Shown one piece after another: positions 26,050-38,142 of a DNA stretch of 64,000 nucleotides. The DNA comes from Scyliorhinus canicula (taxonomy: Eukaryota), in NCBI RefSeq assembly GCF_902713615.1, contig NW_024056015.1:1-64000 (forward strand), written 5' to 3'. The notes under the pieces were generated by a model. That model did not search any database, was not told the DNA's origin, and saw only the letters and a list, made by a program, of their open reading frames with translations. The position numbers were made by a program, and so were the translations under genes. How positions within the stretch are numbered: the stretch's first letter is position 1; each line of letters begins with the position of its first letter.

Positions 26050-29000
26050 GGGATCCTTAAGGGGGAGGGGGAGCAGCCCCAAGTCGTGGTCCACATAGGT
26101 ACCAACGACATAGGTAGGAAGAGAGATGGGGAATTGAGACAGAAATTCAGGGAGCTAGGGTGGAAGCTGAGAGCTAGAACAAACAGAGTTGTTATCTCGG
26201 GTTGTTACCCGTGCCACGTGCTGCCGAAGTGAGAAATAAGGAGAGAGAGGAGTTGAACACGTGGCTACAGGGATGGTGCACGAGGGAGGGTTTTGGTTTC
26301 CTGGATAATTGGGGCTCATTCTGGGGTAGGTGGTACCTCTACAAACAGGATGGTCTTCACCTGAACCAGAGGGGTACCAATATCCTGGGGGGGGGGGGGG
26401 AGATTTGCTAGTGCTCTTCAGAGGGGTTTAAACTAATTCAGCAGGGGGATGGGAACTTAAATTGCAGTCCCAGTGTACAGGATGTTGAGAGTAGTGAGGT
26501 CAGGGATAGGGTTAAAAGTTCGAAAGAGGGCACCGGCAAGCAAGACGCTGGTTTGACGTGTGTCTACTTCAACGCCAGGAGCATCCGGAATAAGGTGGGT
26601 GAGCTTGCAGCATGGGTTGGTACCTGGGATCTCGATGTTGTGGCGATTTCGGAGACATGGGTAGAGCAGGGACAGGAATGGTTGTTGCAGGTTCCAGGAT
26701 TTAGATATTTCTGTAAGAACAGAGAAGATGGTAAAAGAGGGGGGGGGGGTGGCATTGTTAATCAAGGAAAGTATTACGGCGGTAGAAAGGATGCTTGAGG
26801 ACTCGTCTACTGAGGTAGTATGGGCCGAGGTTAGGAACAGGAGAGGAGAGGTTACCCTGTTGGAAGTTGTCTATAGACCTCCGAATAGTTCCAGAGATGT
26901 AGAGGAAAGGATTGCAAAGATGATTCTCGACAGGAGCGAGAGTAACAGGGTAGTTGTTATGGAGGACTTTACTTTCCAAATATTGACTGGAAATACTATA
27001 GTTCGAGTACTATAGATGGGTCAGTTATTGTACAGTGTATGCAGAAGGGTTTTCTGACACAGTATGTAGACAGGCCAGCGAGGCCACATTGGATTTGGTA
27101 CTGGGTAATGAACCCGGCCAGGTGTTAGATTTATATGTAGGTGAGCACTTTGGTGATAGTAATCACAACTCGGTTATGTTTACTTTAGCAATGGGCAGGG
27201 ATAGGTTTATACCGCAAGGCAAGAAATATAGCTGGGGAAAGGCAACTATGATGCTATTCGGCAAGATTTAGGATGTATAGGATGGGGAAGGAAACTGCAG
27301 GGGATGGGTACAATCGAAAGGTGGAGCTTTTTCCAGGAACAGCTACTGCGTGTCCTTGATAAGTATGTACCTGTCAGGCAGGGAGGAAGTTGTCGAGCAC
27401 GGGAACCGTGGTTTACTAAGGAAGTTGAAGCACTTGTCAAGAGGAAGAAGAAGCCTTATGTTAGGATGAGACATGAAGGCTCAGTTAGGGCACTTGAGAG
27501 TTACAAGTTAGCCAGGAAGGACCTAAAGGGAGAGTTAAGAAGAGCGAGGACACGAAAAGTCGTTGGCGGATAGGATCAAGGAAACCCTAAGGCTTTCTAT
27601 AGGTATATCAGGAAGAAAAGAATGACTAGAGTAAGATTAGGGCCAATCAAGGATAGTAGTGGAAAGTTGTGTGTGGAATCAAAGGAGATAGGGGAAGCGT
27701 TAAATGGATATTTTTCGTCAGTATTTACACTGGAGAAAGACAATGTTGTCGAGGAGAACACTCAGGTTCAGTCGACCAGGCTAGATGGAATTGAGGTTCA
27801 AAAGGAGGAGGTGTTAGCAATTTTTGAAAATGTCAGAATAGATAAGTCCCCTGGGCCAGATGGGATTTATCCTAGGATTCTCTGGGAAGCCAGGGAGGAG
27901 ATTGCAGAGACTTTGCCTTTGATCTTTATGTCGTCTTTGTCGACAGGAATAGTGCCGGAAGACTGGAGGATAGCAAATGTTGTCCCCTTGTTCAAGAAGG
28001 GGAGTAGAGACAACCCTGGTAATTATAGACCTGTGAGCCTTATTTCGGTTGTGGGTAAAATGTTGGAAAAGGTTATAAGAGGTAGGGTTTATAATCATCT
28101 TGAAAAGAACAAGTTGATTAGCGATAGTCAACACGGTTTTGTGGAGGGTAGGTCATGCCTCACAAACCTTATTGAGTTTTTTGAGAAGGTGACCAAACAG
28201 GTGGATCAGGGTAAAGCGGTTGATGTGTTGTATGGATTTCAGTAAGGCGTTTGATAAGGTTCCCCACGGTAGGCTATTGCAGAAAATAAGGAAGTATGGG
28301 ATTGAAGGTGATTTAGCGGTTTGGATCAGTAATTGGCTAGCTGAAAGAAGACAGAGGGTGGTGGTTGATGGCAAATGTTCATCCTGGAGTTCAGTTACTA
28401 GTGGTGTACCGCAAGGATCTGTTTTGGGGCCACTGCTGTTTGTCATTTTTATAAATGACCTAGAAGAGGGTGTAGAAGGATGGGTTAGTAAATTTGCAGA
28501 TGACACGAAGGCCGGTGGCGTTGTGGATAGTGCTGAAGTATGTTATAGGATACAGAGGGACATAGATAAGCTGCAGAGCTGGGCTGAGAGGTGGCAGATG
28601 GAGTTTAATGCGGAAAAGTGTGAGGTGGTTCACTTTGGAAGGAGTAACAGGAATTCAGAGTACTGGGCTAATGGCAAGATTCTTGGTAGTGTAGATGAAC
28701 AGAGAGATCTCGGCATCCAGGTACATAAATCCCTGAAAGTTGCCACCCAGGTTAATAGGGCTGTTAAGAAGGCATATGGTGTGCTAGCCTTTATCCGCAG
28801 GGGGATTGAGTTTTGGAGCCACAAGGTCGTGCTGCAGCTGTACATAACTCTGTTGCAGCCGCACCTGGAGGACTGCGTGCAGTTCTGGTCACCACATTAT
28901 AGGAAGGATGTGGAACCTTTGGAAAGGGTTCAGAGGAGATTTACTAGGATGTTGCCTGGTATGGAGGGAAGGTCTTACGAGGAAAGGCTCAGGGACTTGA

Positions 29001-29400
29001 GGTTGTTTTCGTTAGAGAGGAGAAGGCTGAGAGGTGACTTAATAGAGACATATAAGATAGTCTGAGTGTTAGATAGGGTGGACAGTGAGAATCTTTTTCC
29101 TCGGATGGTGATGAACAACACGAGGGGACATAGCTATAAATTGAGGGGTGGTAGATATAGGACAGATGTCAGAGGCAGTTTCTTTACTCAGAGAGTAGTA
29201 GGGGTGTGGAGCGCCCTGCCTGCAACAGTAGTAGCCTCGCCAACATTAAGGGCATTTAAGTGGTCACTGGATAGACATATAGATGCAAATGGAATAGTGT
29301 AGGTCAGATAGGCTTCAGATGGTTTCACAGGTCGGCGCAACATCGAGGGCCGAAGGGCCCGTACTGCGCTCTAGTGTTCTATGTTCTATGTCCTATGTTC
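26050..29400 (+). mobile_element. Near-full-length CR1 LINE (ORF1 esterase remnant, APE, RT), frameshifted
   Basis: VVHIGTND/DGLHL esterase motifs, CVYFNARSIRNK endonuclease, VPQGSVLGPLLF and FADDTK RT motifs, (gttctat)n tail. Confidence 0.95.
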
Positions 29401-30344
29401 TCGCCAGATTGTGGTCCCTGGATTTATTTTCTGATTAGCAGTGAGATGTGCGGTTTGGAACCGGCAGCAGAGAAACAGGAAGTTGTGTTACCTGAGAATG
29501 AAACAACAGGCTTCAGTTTCATGTTTGTCACCGTGAACAGTCTTCCTGCCTGTGAGGGTGAACTCACTCTGACAGCATCAAGAACACCCACACAGATTGC
29601 TGCCGCTCTCTGCATTACATTCACCTCACTTCCCATTCCCTTTAAAAAGTTAGATTATTTGTTTAGAAACACAGTAACCGATCGGGAGGTGCACAGATGC
29701 TCTTCACTGGCATAATACTAATAACAATCTGGAGAGATGAAGGGAAATTAAAGCAACAATCTGTTAACAGAGGTTATACTAAAGTAGAAAGTTTAAAGTA
29801 ACTTGATGTCAGAGCGAGAGAGAGAGGGGGGGGGGTGGGAGAGGGGGGGGGGAGAGAGGGGGGTGGGGGTTAGCGCGGTTAAGTGAATGAGCTGGTGCCT
29901 TTCTGGCACAGAATTTTCCTCTGATGACGTTTTGGTGCGTAATTATTGTCAGAAGTGCCTTCAGCAAAAAAGATTTAAACACGAGGTGCCATTTAAACAC
30001 TAGGTTCCAGACTCGGCTGGTGTGTGCCTGTGTAAGTGAGTTAAGTCTGAGAGAGAGAAGAGGGTTCAACTGATTTAGGTGCAGCCTGAGACAGATAAAG
30101 CGAGGTGAACCGATATGTAAGTAATTTGAAAGATTTATTTGCCTTTTCAATGGAATGGACATCATGATATTACTGTCTGGATCACTCAAGGCAATACATT
30201 ACAAGTACATATTGAGTGTAGCATAGGATGTGGAAGGTAATCTCAACAAAATGTCGTCATCTGCTGAAAAAGAATTGCAATTATTGGCAACGCCATTTTG
30301 CAAACAATGAATGATGATGTGTTCCAGACTAACCGGCCCACAGA

Positions 30345-30428
30345 GACATCCAGGCACACACATAGACACACATATCCACACACAGACACACACACATACA
30401 CACACGCACATACATACACACACACGCA
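30345..30428. repeat. (CA)n-rich microsatellite
   Basis: Direct inspection. Confidence 0.85.
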
Positions 30429-31053
30429 GTTTCAGACTCTGTCTCTCACAATCAGTGGCCACACCAAAAGCAAACAGAAATCCATTCAGCAAAAACGGTG
30501 AAAGGCAATTCGGACCATGAAAGGAAACAGCGGGTAATTGCCACAGATGAAGACAAATCTGAATTAACCATATCCAACACAATGGAGTTTGTGACTGTGT
30601 TGTGCAATGTGAAGATCAATATGGCTCCTGTGTTTCTGTTCCTCAGCCTGGTGATGAAGTGAATGTCACAAGATTCGCTCCAACCTTACAGCAAAATATT
30701 ACACATCCATTACCAGACCAATCACATAACACCAAATAGTTATTCATTGTGCTTTTGTGAGTGAATTAAGGCTGAGAGAGAACAGAGACATTAATTAATC
30801 TAGGTGTGGTCTGAAACAAAGAGATGAGAACAGATCGGCAGGAGTTTTAAAGATGTATTTGCCTTTGCAACAAACTTCCATATCAGCTAATAGTATTGAC
30901 ACAACAAAATGTATTCTTCCAAACACAAGTGAGTGCCGCTTTCCACGCACAAGGCAGTGGCGCAGTGGTATTGTCGCTGGACTAGTAATCCAGAGACCCA
31001 GAGTCAAGCTCTGGGGACCCGGGCTCCCACCACGGCAGATGGTGAAATTTCAA

Positions 31054-31848
31054 NNNNNNNNNNNNNNNNNNNNNNNNNNNNNNNNNNNNNNNNNNNNNNN
31101 NNNNNNNNNNNNNNNNNNNNNNNNNNNNNNNNNNNNNNNNNNNNNNNNNNNNNNNNNNNNNNNNNNNNNNNNNNNNNNNNNNNNNNNNNNNNNNNNNNNN
31201 NNNNNNNNNNNNNNNNNNNNNNNNNNNNNNNNNNNNNNNNNNNNNNNNNNNNNNNNNNNNNNNNNNNNNNNNNNNNNNNNNNNNNNNNNNNNNNNNNNNN
31301 NNNNNNNNNNNNNNNNNNNNNNNNNNNNNNNNNNNNNNNNNNNNNNNNNNNNNNNNNNNNNNNNNNNNNNNNNNNNNNNNNNNNNNNNNNNNNNNNNNNN
31401 NNNNNNNNNNNNNNNNNNNNNNNNNNNNNNNNNNNNNNNNNNNNNNNNNNNNNNNNNNNNNNNNNNNNNNNNNNNNNNNNNNNNNNNNNNNNNNNNNNNN
31501 NNNNNNNNNNNNNNNNNNNNNNNNNNNNNNNNNNNNNNNNNNNNNNNNNNNNNNNNNNNNNNNNNNNNNNNNNNNNNNNNNNNNNNNNNNNNNNNNNNNN
31601 NNNNNNNNNNNNNNNNNNNNNNNNNNNNNNNNNNNNNNNNNNNNNNNNNNNNNNNNNNNNNNNNNNNNNNNNNNNNNNNNNNNNNNNNNNNNNNNNNNNN
31701 NNNNNNNNNNNNNNNNNNNNNNNNNNNNNNNNNNNNNNNNNNNNNNNNNNNNNNNNNNNNNNNNNNNNNNNNNNNNNNNNNNNNNNNNNNNNNNNNNNNN
31801 NNNNNNNNNNNNNNNNNNNNNNNNNNNNNNNNNNNNNNTTATTTTTTT
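31054..31848. other. Assembly gap, 795 N
   Basis: Run of n; both flanks are repeat-derived. Confidence 1.
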
Positions 31849-32392
31849 CATTCATTTGCGCGATATGGCGCCACTGATTGGGTCAGCAATTATGGCCCAT
31901 TCCAAGTTGCCATTCAGAAGGTGGTGGTGAGCTGCCGCCTTGAATCGCTGCGGTCCCTGATATGCAGTTACACCCATACTGTACTAGCGAGAGAAATCCT
32001 GCATTTTCACCCAGCCACGGTGAAGGAACGGCGATATATTTCCAAGTCAAAGTGTTGAGTGACTTGGAGAGGAACCTCCAGGTGTTGGTGTTCCAAAGTA
32101 TTCTGCTGCTCTTGTCCTTGTTGATGGTTGTAGCCGTGGGTCTGGTAGGTGCTGAATATGAAACCTTCATTAGTTCCAACAGTAAATCTTGTGGATGGCA
32201 ACAATCAAGCGACTGATTTGTCCTGGATGGTGTAAGCTAAACAATAACCATTTCCAGCAAAATAGAATCTAACCATCGCTCCTTGACATTCACTGATATT
32301 GTCATCGCTGAATTCCCCACGATCAATACACTGGGGTTACCATTGACCAGAAACTGTACTGGACTGACCATATAAACGCTGAGGCTACAAGA
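31849..32392. mobile_element. Degenerate LINE fragments (same family as 5530-5760 and 19200-19340)
   Basis: Shared sequence such as gaaggtggtggtgagctgcc and accattgaccagaaactg..actggact. Confidence 0.6.
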
Positions 32393-34110
32393 TCCGGTAT
32401 CCGGTAAATTTCTCGAAATCAATTGCTCGAAAGCTAATTGCTCAAAGTCAGTTGATCGAAAAATTATTTCTCGAACTATCAATTGATCGAATGATAGATT
32501 GCTCGAAAAGCAGTACTTCAAAAAAGGTATACCCAAGATGAACAAGGTTCATTACATAAAAAAGCAACTAATAAAAAAACAATTAATTGGTTCAATAAAT
32601 AATACCAACAATTACAATTCATAATTTTATTAGTCTTTACAATTTATAAAAAGTTTAAAATACCAACAATTACAATTCATAATTTTATTAGTCTTTACAA
32701 TTTATAAAACGTTTAGAAGATTTTAGTAAGAAAAAAATAAAGTTAAAATTCAGGATTGCCATTATATGTTGGCTACTCCATTAGTATGCAATATTGTGTG
32801 CAACACTTCTTAAATATTCTTCTACATTTCCCGTTTCGTTATATTTTGATACAATATCCTGTAATCGTTGTGCGCAGTCACGGTATTTTTTTCTGCTCAC
32901 AGCTGTACTCACACCTCCCACAAATTGTTCGAATTGCAACTCGTGTAAACTTTGCTCTCGCTTTAAGCCATCTATAAACTTCCAAATCGACGGATGACAA
33001 GCATTTAGTTGATGTTGGAAACTGTTGTGCCATCCCTCAATAGAATTGTTCGTTTTCGGCAATCCTTCTTTGACGTAATCGAAACAGTTCCACATTTCAT
33101 GTTTAAATATAGGAGTACGTCTACGGTTGTGTCCATACGGCCGACCAATCCACGTATCTTCAAAGTAATCCACTACTCCTTGAAGTTCATCTGGAAAAAT
33201 CTCATTTTCAGTTAAAGATTCGAATGTTGCCACAACATTGGGTATCGGTATAAATGCCAATGCAGATAAGAGACGAGCTTTAAAAGCAAATTCGGCATTG
33301 GTGTGGTATATAAGCTTTAGGCCACTTCCTTGAATTTTTCTATAAAGGGTTTGACAAAAATGAAAAAAACACCCACGACATTTAGACATTGGAAATTCTT
33401 GTTCTATGGCCTTAACCATGGCCATTTCAAAATCAATCATTATTGTCAATGGCTGGAATATAGGGATTTTTTCTTTTAAAGCCATCAGGAACTTCCTATA
33501 CGTTTCTTCAGTCTTATTAGGTAGCAGTGCATATACAAGGAGTATAACATTACCTGATTTCACACCATGTATTGTATACAATTGAGCAAAAATCGAGGGC
33601 ACAGTTTTAAATGTTCCATCAGCATACCAGTGCTCCGAACGTACTAAGATATCGAGATTCTTTTGGGTTGCAAAAATTAATGTACGGCCATCTGTGGGAC
33701 CAGAGTCATAAATAAGGAATAAATCTCCTTTGCTGGTTTTTGTAAACTCTTCAGGGATATCAAGATCGAGGTAACTAGTAGGCAAAGCATATCCAACATT
33801 CTTTCTTGCGCGTGTATTGCGTATGGTTCTTTTCATATTTTCTACTGAAGGGAGCTTCACAGCTGCAGCACCACTTACCTCTATTGAGGCACATGATACA
33901 ATATATTGCGGTGTATCTCGACTATTCATCGCATGTTCTTTCACTTTCTCCATTGCTTTAGCAATTCCGTGGCGAATCTCACCAATTGTCGCAAGTCACA
34001 AAGTTAAATAATGACATTATTCAATTATCATCAACACAACATAAGAAGTTGCATTCACCAATTATGATCCGCATTTTCTTTTACAAAATGTAAATACAAT
34101 TCATTTAAGA
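32393..34110 (-). mobile_element. Mutator/MULE DNA transposon remnant (one end with subterminal repeats)
   Basis: Contains the transposase ORF; an array of TTG(C/A)TCGAA-like motifs at ~32405-32510; a ~58-bp tandem duplication at 32601-32715; degenerate N-terminal (FLYWCH-like) region at 33960-34110. Confidence 0.8.
32781..33953 (-). CDS. MULE (Mutator-like) DDE transposase, 390 aa, probably lacking its N-terminal DNA-binding domain
   Basis: WYADGTFK (D1), MIDFE (D2), GCFFH (CxxH) and TNNSIEGWH (E) motifs in one uninterrupted ORF. Confidence 0.88.
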   Translation of the reverse strand: MEKVKEHAMNSRDTPQYIVSCASIEVSGAAAVKLPSVENMKRTIRNTRARKNVGYALPTSYLDLDIPEEFTKTSKGDLFLIYDSGPTDGRTLIFATQKNLDILVRSEHWYADGTFKTVPSIFAQLYTIHGVKSGNVILLVYALLPNKTEETYRKFLMALKEKIPIFQPLTIMIDFEMAMVKAIEQEFPMSKCRGCFFHFCQTLYRKIQGSGLKLIYHTNAEFAFKARLLSALAFIPIPNVVATFESLTENEIFPDELQGVVDYFEDTWIGRPYGHNRRRTPIFKHEMWNCFDYVKEGLPKTNNSIEGWHNSFQHQLNACHPSIWKFIDGLKREQSLHELQFEQFVGGVSTAVSRKKYRDCAQRLQDIVSKYNETGNVEEYLRSVAHNIAY

Positions 34111-34346
34111 GTGGTGGACTTGAGACCAGGAAGAGATCAGCCATGATGATTGAATGGCGGAGCAGGCTCGAAGGGCTTAATTGCCTATTTCTGCTCCTAA
34201 TTCTTTTCTTGTATGTTTAACATAATTTATTGAGATTAAACGTAATTGAGAGAGCATTGACTATTCTGTCACAAATAAGTCACATTGCATCAGAATTCAA
34301 TGTGAAATGGAATTATACCAGACCGAGGGTTATCTGCAGCATATAG

Positions 34347-34685
34347 GGGCAGCACGGTAGCATGGTGGTTAGCATAAATGCTTCACAGCTCCAGGGTCCC
34401 AGGTTCGATTCCCAGCTGGGTCACTGTCTATGCGGAGTCTGCACGTCCTCCGCGTGGGTTTTCTCCGGGTGCTCTGGTTTTCTCCCACAGTCCAAAGATG
34501 TGCGGGTTAGGTGGATTGGCCATGCTAAATTGCCCGTAGTGTCCTAAAAAGTAAGGTTAAAGGGGGGGGGGTTGTTGGGTTACGGGCATAGGGTGGATAC
34601 GTGGGTTTGAGTAGGGTGATCATTGCTCGGCACAACATCGAGGGCCGAAGGGCCTGTTCTGTGCTGTACTGTTCTATGTTCTATG
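34347..34685 (+). mobile_element. Full-length HE1-like SINE
   Basis: tRNA-like A/B boxes, body, and a CR1-shared 3' tail (gttctat)n. Confidence 0.9.
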
Positions 34686-36708
34686 CAGCTTCCCAGCAGC
34701 CTCTGCGCTGCATTGGTCAGTAATCTCCTCATCGTCACACAGAATCGCCAGACTGGAGGGTGAGATGATTTTTTAAGTGCCGGTAGAAATAAAAATGCCT
34801 TTACCTAATGTGACGTTCATGAATCTTTACTTCCCAAGTTGTTATTACACTGTTCTGGAAAGTAATTCAACATTTACAGCTGTCCACTGAGTTTCACACT
34901 ATTTCTGTTTTCACATTAATATGTTTTTAGTCTGGTGTCTTCATTAATTTGGGTGAGGATATCTTGAGTGACGTATTGTACACGAAATGGCCACATGTTC
35001 CAAATATTACAGCCGTCCCTCCTCAATGTAATCACCTTCCTGCTTTCGGTCTTTGAGATGACGGTTCGCCATCAACAGAGAAGAATCACCAGCACCGCAG
35101 GAATATCTCCAGTTTCCTCTTAGTGACGTCTAGCTCGTTACTTCACGATAGTCTGTGGAGGGAATTCACCCAGAAAGGCTTCAGCGCCCGAATGTATCAG
35201 GCGGTACAAATTATAAAGGAACAACTTTAATTTGTGAAATCATCAAGCGCAAAACTGAGAATGTAGAACAGCATATTTCAGGGCCATCTATCCATCCATC
35301 CATCAACTCCATTCACTGATTCCTCAATCACAATATTCAGGCATCCAACTAACACTCACCTCTACATCAAATCAGTGATCCCTTTATATTTTGGGGGGAT
35401 GGTGATGCAGTATTAATGTTATTGGGCCAGTAATAAAAATGCCCGGGTACAAATGCTCGGGTACAAATCCTACCATAGTCGGAGGGGGAATTTGATTCCA
35501 CTTAATAAATCTGGAATGCATATTACATGAAATCCGCTCTGTTTCACCAATGAAGGAAATCTGTCATCCCTCCCTGGCTTCACCTACATCAGGCTCCAGT
35601 CGGACAGCAACATGTCTGACTCTTTCGTTCATTCTGAACTGGCAAAGCAAACCACTCAGTTCAATAGTAATTAGGGGCAGGGTCTTGTCATTGAGTCCCA
35701 CAATCCATAAAAGTATATAGGGGGAAAACATGAATATATATGTTGGTCTGTTACAAATGGACCCTCTGTCTGATAGTCTGGTTGCATTTCTAGCCGTCAT
35801 CACAATGTTATGAGATGTGGGAGAGATCCTCCAGCGGGATATTGCTGCTAAGAGGGGCTACAAATCCTTTCCATAGAGATGAGAACAGTACAAATAGGTT
35901 CACAATTTAAAACATAAAATGATCTCCAGTACTGTTGCTGGGTAGATTTGTTTATAAATAGTCCTCATTGACAATGTTAAGAGTTTGAAGTTGGCTTGCA
36001 GCCAAGCGGTCAGTACTGAGCCAACAGATCTCTGAAAAAAAAATCCAGATGCTTCCTGTAAACAACATTGAACATTCGAGCCTCCCTGACTGCAGGTGGC
36101 TGGATTGCTGCCAAATACTGTGTGGGGCAGATTAACCTGAATATGAATGGATTAAATGGGATTTATCCATTCAAACAATAAATGTTTCAGTCGCACATGA
36201 AGTAAACTTTGAAATGGTGTTCCATTTAAATAAATATATTCAGTGAATGTTCTGTTCACTCTTAGATTAAACATGATCCGAAAATAGTAAATTGACTCGT
36301 GCTATTTAATTTATATACGTTCCGAGTAAAGGTCACTCTAGTCATTAAAGTCCGTTTGTGAAGAACCTAATGAAGTGAGAGTGAGTGGTGTTGATGGACC
36401 CAATCCACAAGCCCAATAAGATGAGGGGAATTGCAAAAAATATAAATTGAGTTAAAAGAAAATCATGAAAGTGCTCAAAACCCGCCGGAATTCCTGGAAT
36501 ATTTTCCAAGTTGTTGACCTCATTTAAACGGAGGCGTCTCTTATACCTGATCAGCACCGTGTTCTGTACAGTTTAATTTGTGCTGATTTCCATTATTTAA
36601 CAGTCCCTCTTATTGCTGCCAATGAGTGGAGAAATGACCAGTTCATGACCTGCTTTAGTGGAGAATAAAACATTTATTCCTGTGATATTATGTAATATGC
36701 CAACGAGA

Positions 36709-36798
36709 GGCTCGTTGGTCTAGGAGTATGATTCTCACTTTGGGTGTGTCGCTGTCGGAATTTGCGAGAGTTCGCGGGTTCAAATCCCAGACGAGCCC
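36709..36798 (+). tRNA. tRNA-Pro: tRNA-Pro(TGG)-derived gene or pseudogene with an 18-nt insert after position 37 (36745-36762)
   Basis: Matches the eukaryotic tRNA-Pro sequence GGCTCGTTGGTCTAGG..TGATTCTC.CTTTGGG / TGCGAGAG..C.GGGTTCAAATCCC.GACGAGCCC; mismatches in the anticodon and T stems; TTTT about 11 nt downstream. Confidence 0.75.
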
Positions 36799-36887
36799 TT
36801 CGAGGAAGTTTTCCGTTGGTCAAGCAACATGATTTCTTTCGACGGGATTTATTCACATTGGGTTTGCTTTGAGAAGCTGAGCTCAAA

Positions 36888-37201
36888 CAGCAGGGTAGCA
36901 TGGTGGTTAGCATAAATGCTTCACAGCTCCAGGATCCCAGGTTCGGTTCCCGGCTGGGTCACTGTCTGTGCGGAGTCTGCACGTCCTCCCCGTGTGTGCG
37001 TGTGTTTCCTCCCACAGTCCAAAGATGTGCGGGTTAGGTGGATTGGCCATGCTAAAATTGCCCGTAGTGTCATAAAAAGTAAGGTTAAGGGGGGTTGTTG
37101 GGTTACGGGTATAGGGTGGATACATGGGTTTGAGTAGGGTGATCATTGCTCGGCACAACATCGAGGGCCGAAGGGCCTGTTCTGTGCTGTACTGTTCTAT
37201 G
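36888..37201 (+). mobile_element. HE1-like SINE
   Basis: Near-identical to 34347-34685. Confidence 0.9.
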
Positions 37202-38055
37202 CCGCAAAGTCCTGATGTCTTAGAATATAGAACAGTACGCCCAAATATTGATTTGCAGAATACTTTAAAAAAAATATTTTTCTCCCCAGTTTAATAACTC
37301 CAGGCACTCTATTCACATATTCTTGTGTTCCAGTGAATGTTACACACCCGGTGGCCAATAAGATTAGCGGCAATGATTTGGATGCTGAAGGATAACTTTG
37401 CTCATCGTCCTGTCCGTTTTGATTCATTAACTTCTCTGTCAAATGTTATTGTCAATTTTATGTTTCTCTGTCAACTCACTGCTGAATTATCAGGCAAGCG
37501 GCTTATTTTACCGCTAATGTTCACAGGACTGTAACATTGTGTAATGTTAGGGGTCTCTCTTGTCTAGAGACCCATATTGTACAGTGATAGCCACCCACAA
37601 TGGAGATGGAATCCCTTTGTTCATTCCCGCATTTAGTTACTTAAATCGTTAACAATTCATCTGATAAATGATAGTTTTTTGCGGTAATGGGATACAATCC
37701 CAGAGTGTTGCAAATCTGACAGCCGATTTATTACCTAACAATATAATTTAATATGTTTATGTTCATTCCCTTATGTTGGAATGTAGAAATAAAGGGACTA
37801 ATTTTACAATGGAATACGTTTTTATGACCAGATGCGTAATTGTAATTTCGTCATTAGAACCAATGAAAACATTGCAATGAACCCATTCAGCTAAACAAAT
37901 ATCCCGATACAGATAACTGTCTATATTAACAATAACCTATAGTAAATCTCTGGGTCCATTCAGTTGGGGGTGTGGAAGGTGGGACGTGGATCCAGTCGCC
38001 GCCTCCACCAGGGAATCAACAGGCGGCGCCTGGAAAGCCGCCCCCTTCTGCCGGG

Positions 38056-38064
38056 TATTTAAAT
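38056..38064 (+). promoter_or_regulatory. TATA-like element of the VH promoter (TATTTAAAT)
   Basis: About 80 bp upstream of the leader ATG; no ATGCAAAT octamer seen nearby. Confidence 0.45.
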
Positions 38065-38142
38065 GCCGCTCACTGGGACCCGAATCCAACAGTCCGGGAG
38101 CTGGTTTGTTCACTGAGTTCCTGACACAACCATTTCCCCCAA

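Noticed and set aside
30435-30662. 76-codon open frame after a tttcag acceptor (DSVSHNQ...ELTISN...APVFLFLSLVMK*)
   Set aside because: Superficial V-like start and hydrophobic end, but no Ig Cys/Trp/YYC pattern, no RSS and no Ig/TCR TM motif; the length is compatible with chance.
30853-32179. ORFs of 283-401 aa spanning the N run
   Set aside because: Artefacts of the assembly gap.
34347-34420. tRNA-like A/B boxes at SINE 5' ends (many copies)
   Set aside because: They continue into SINE bodies and CR1-type tails; not tRNA genes.
36075-36130. ASLT..AAKYCVG reading as a V-gene relic
   Set aside because: Too short, with no upstream V framework and no RSS.
1-37000. Search for TCR D, J or C segments, and for NAR-TCR or TAILV-type Ig-like V genes
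   Set aside because: No FGxG J with a 12-RSS, no C-domain exon and no further V exon could be found by eye; highly degenerate copies could have been missed.
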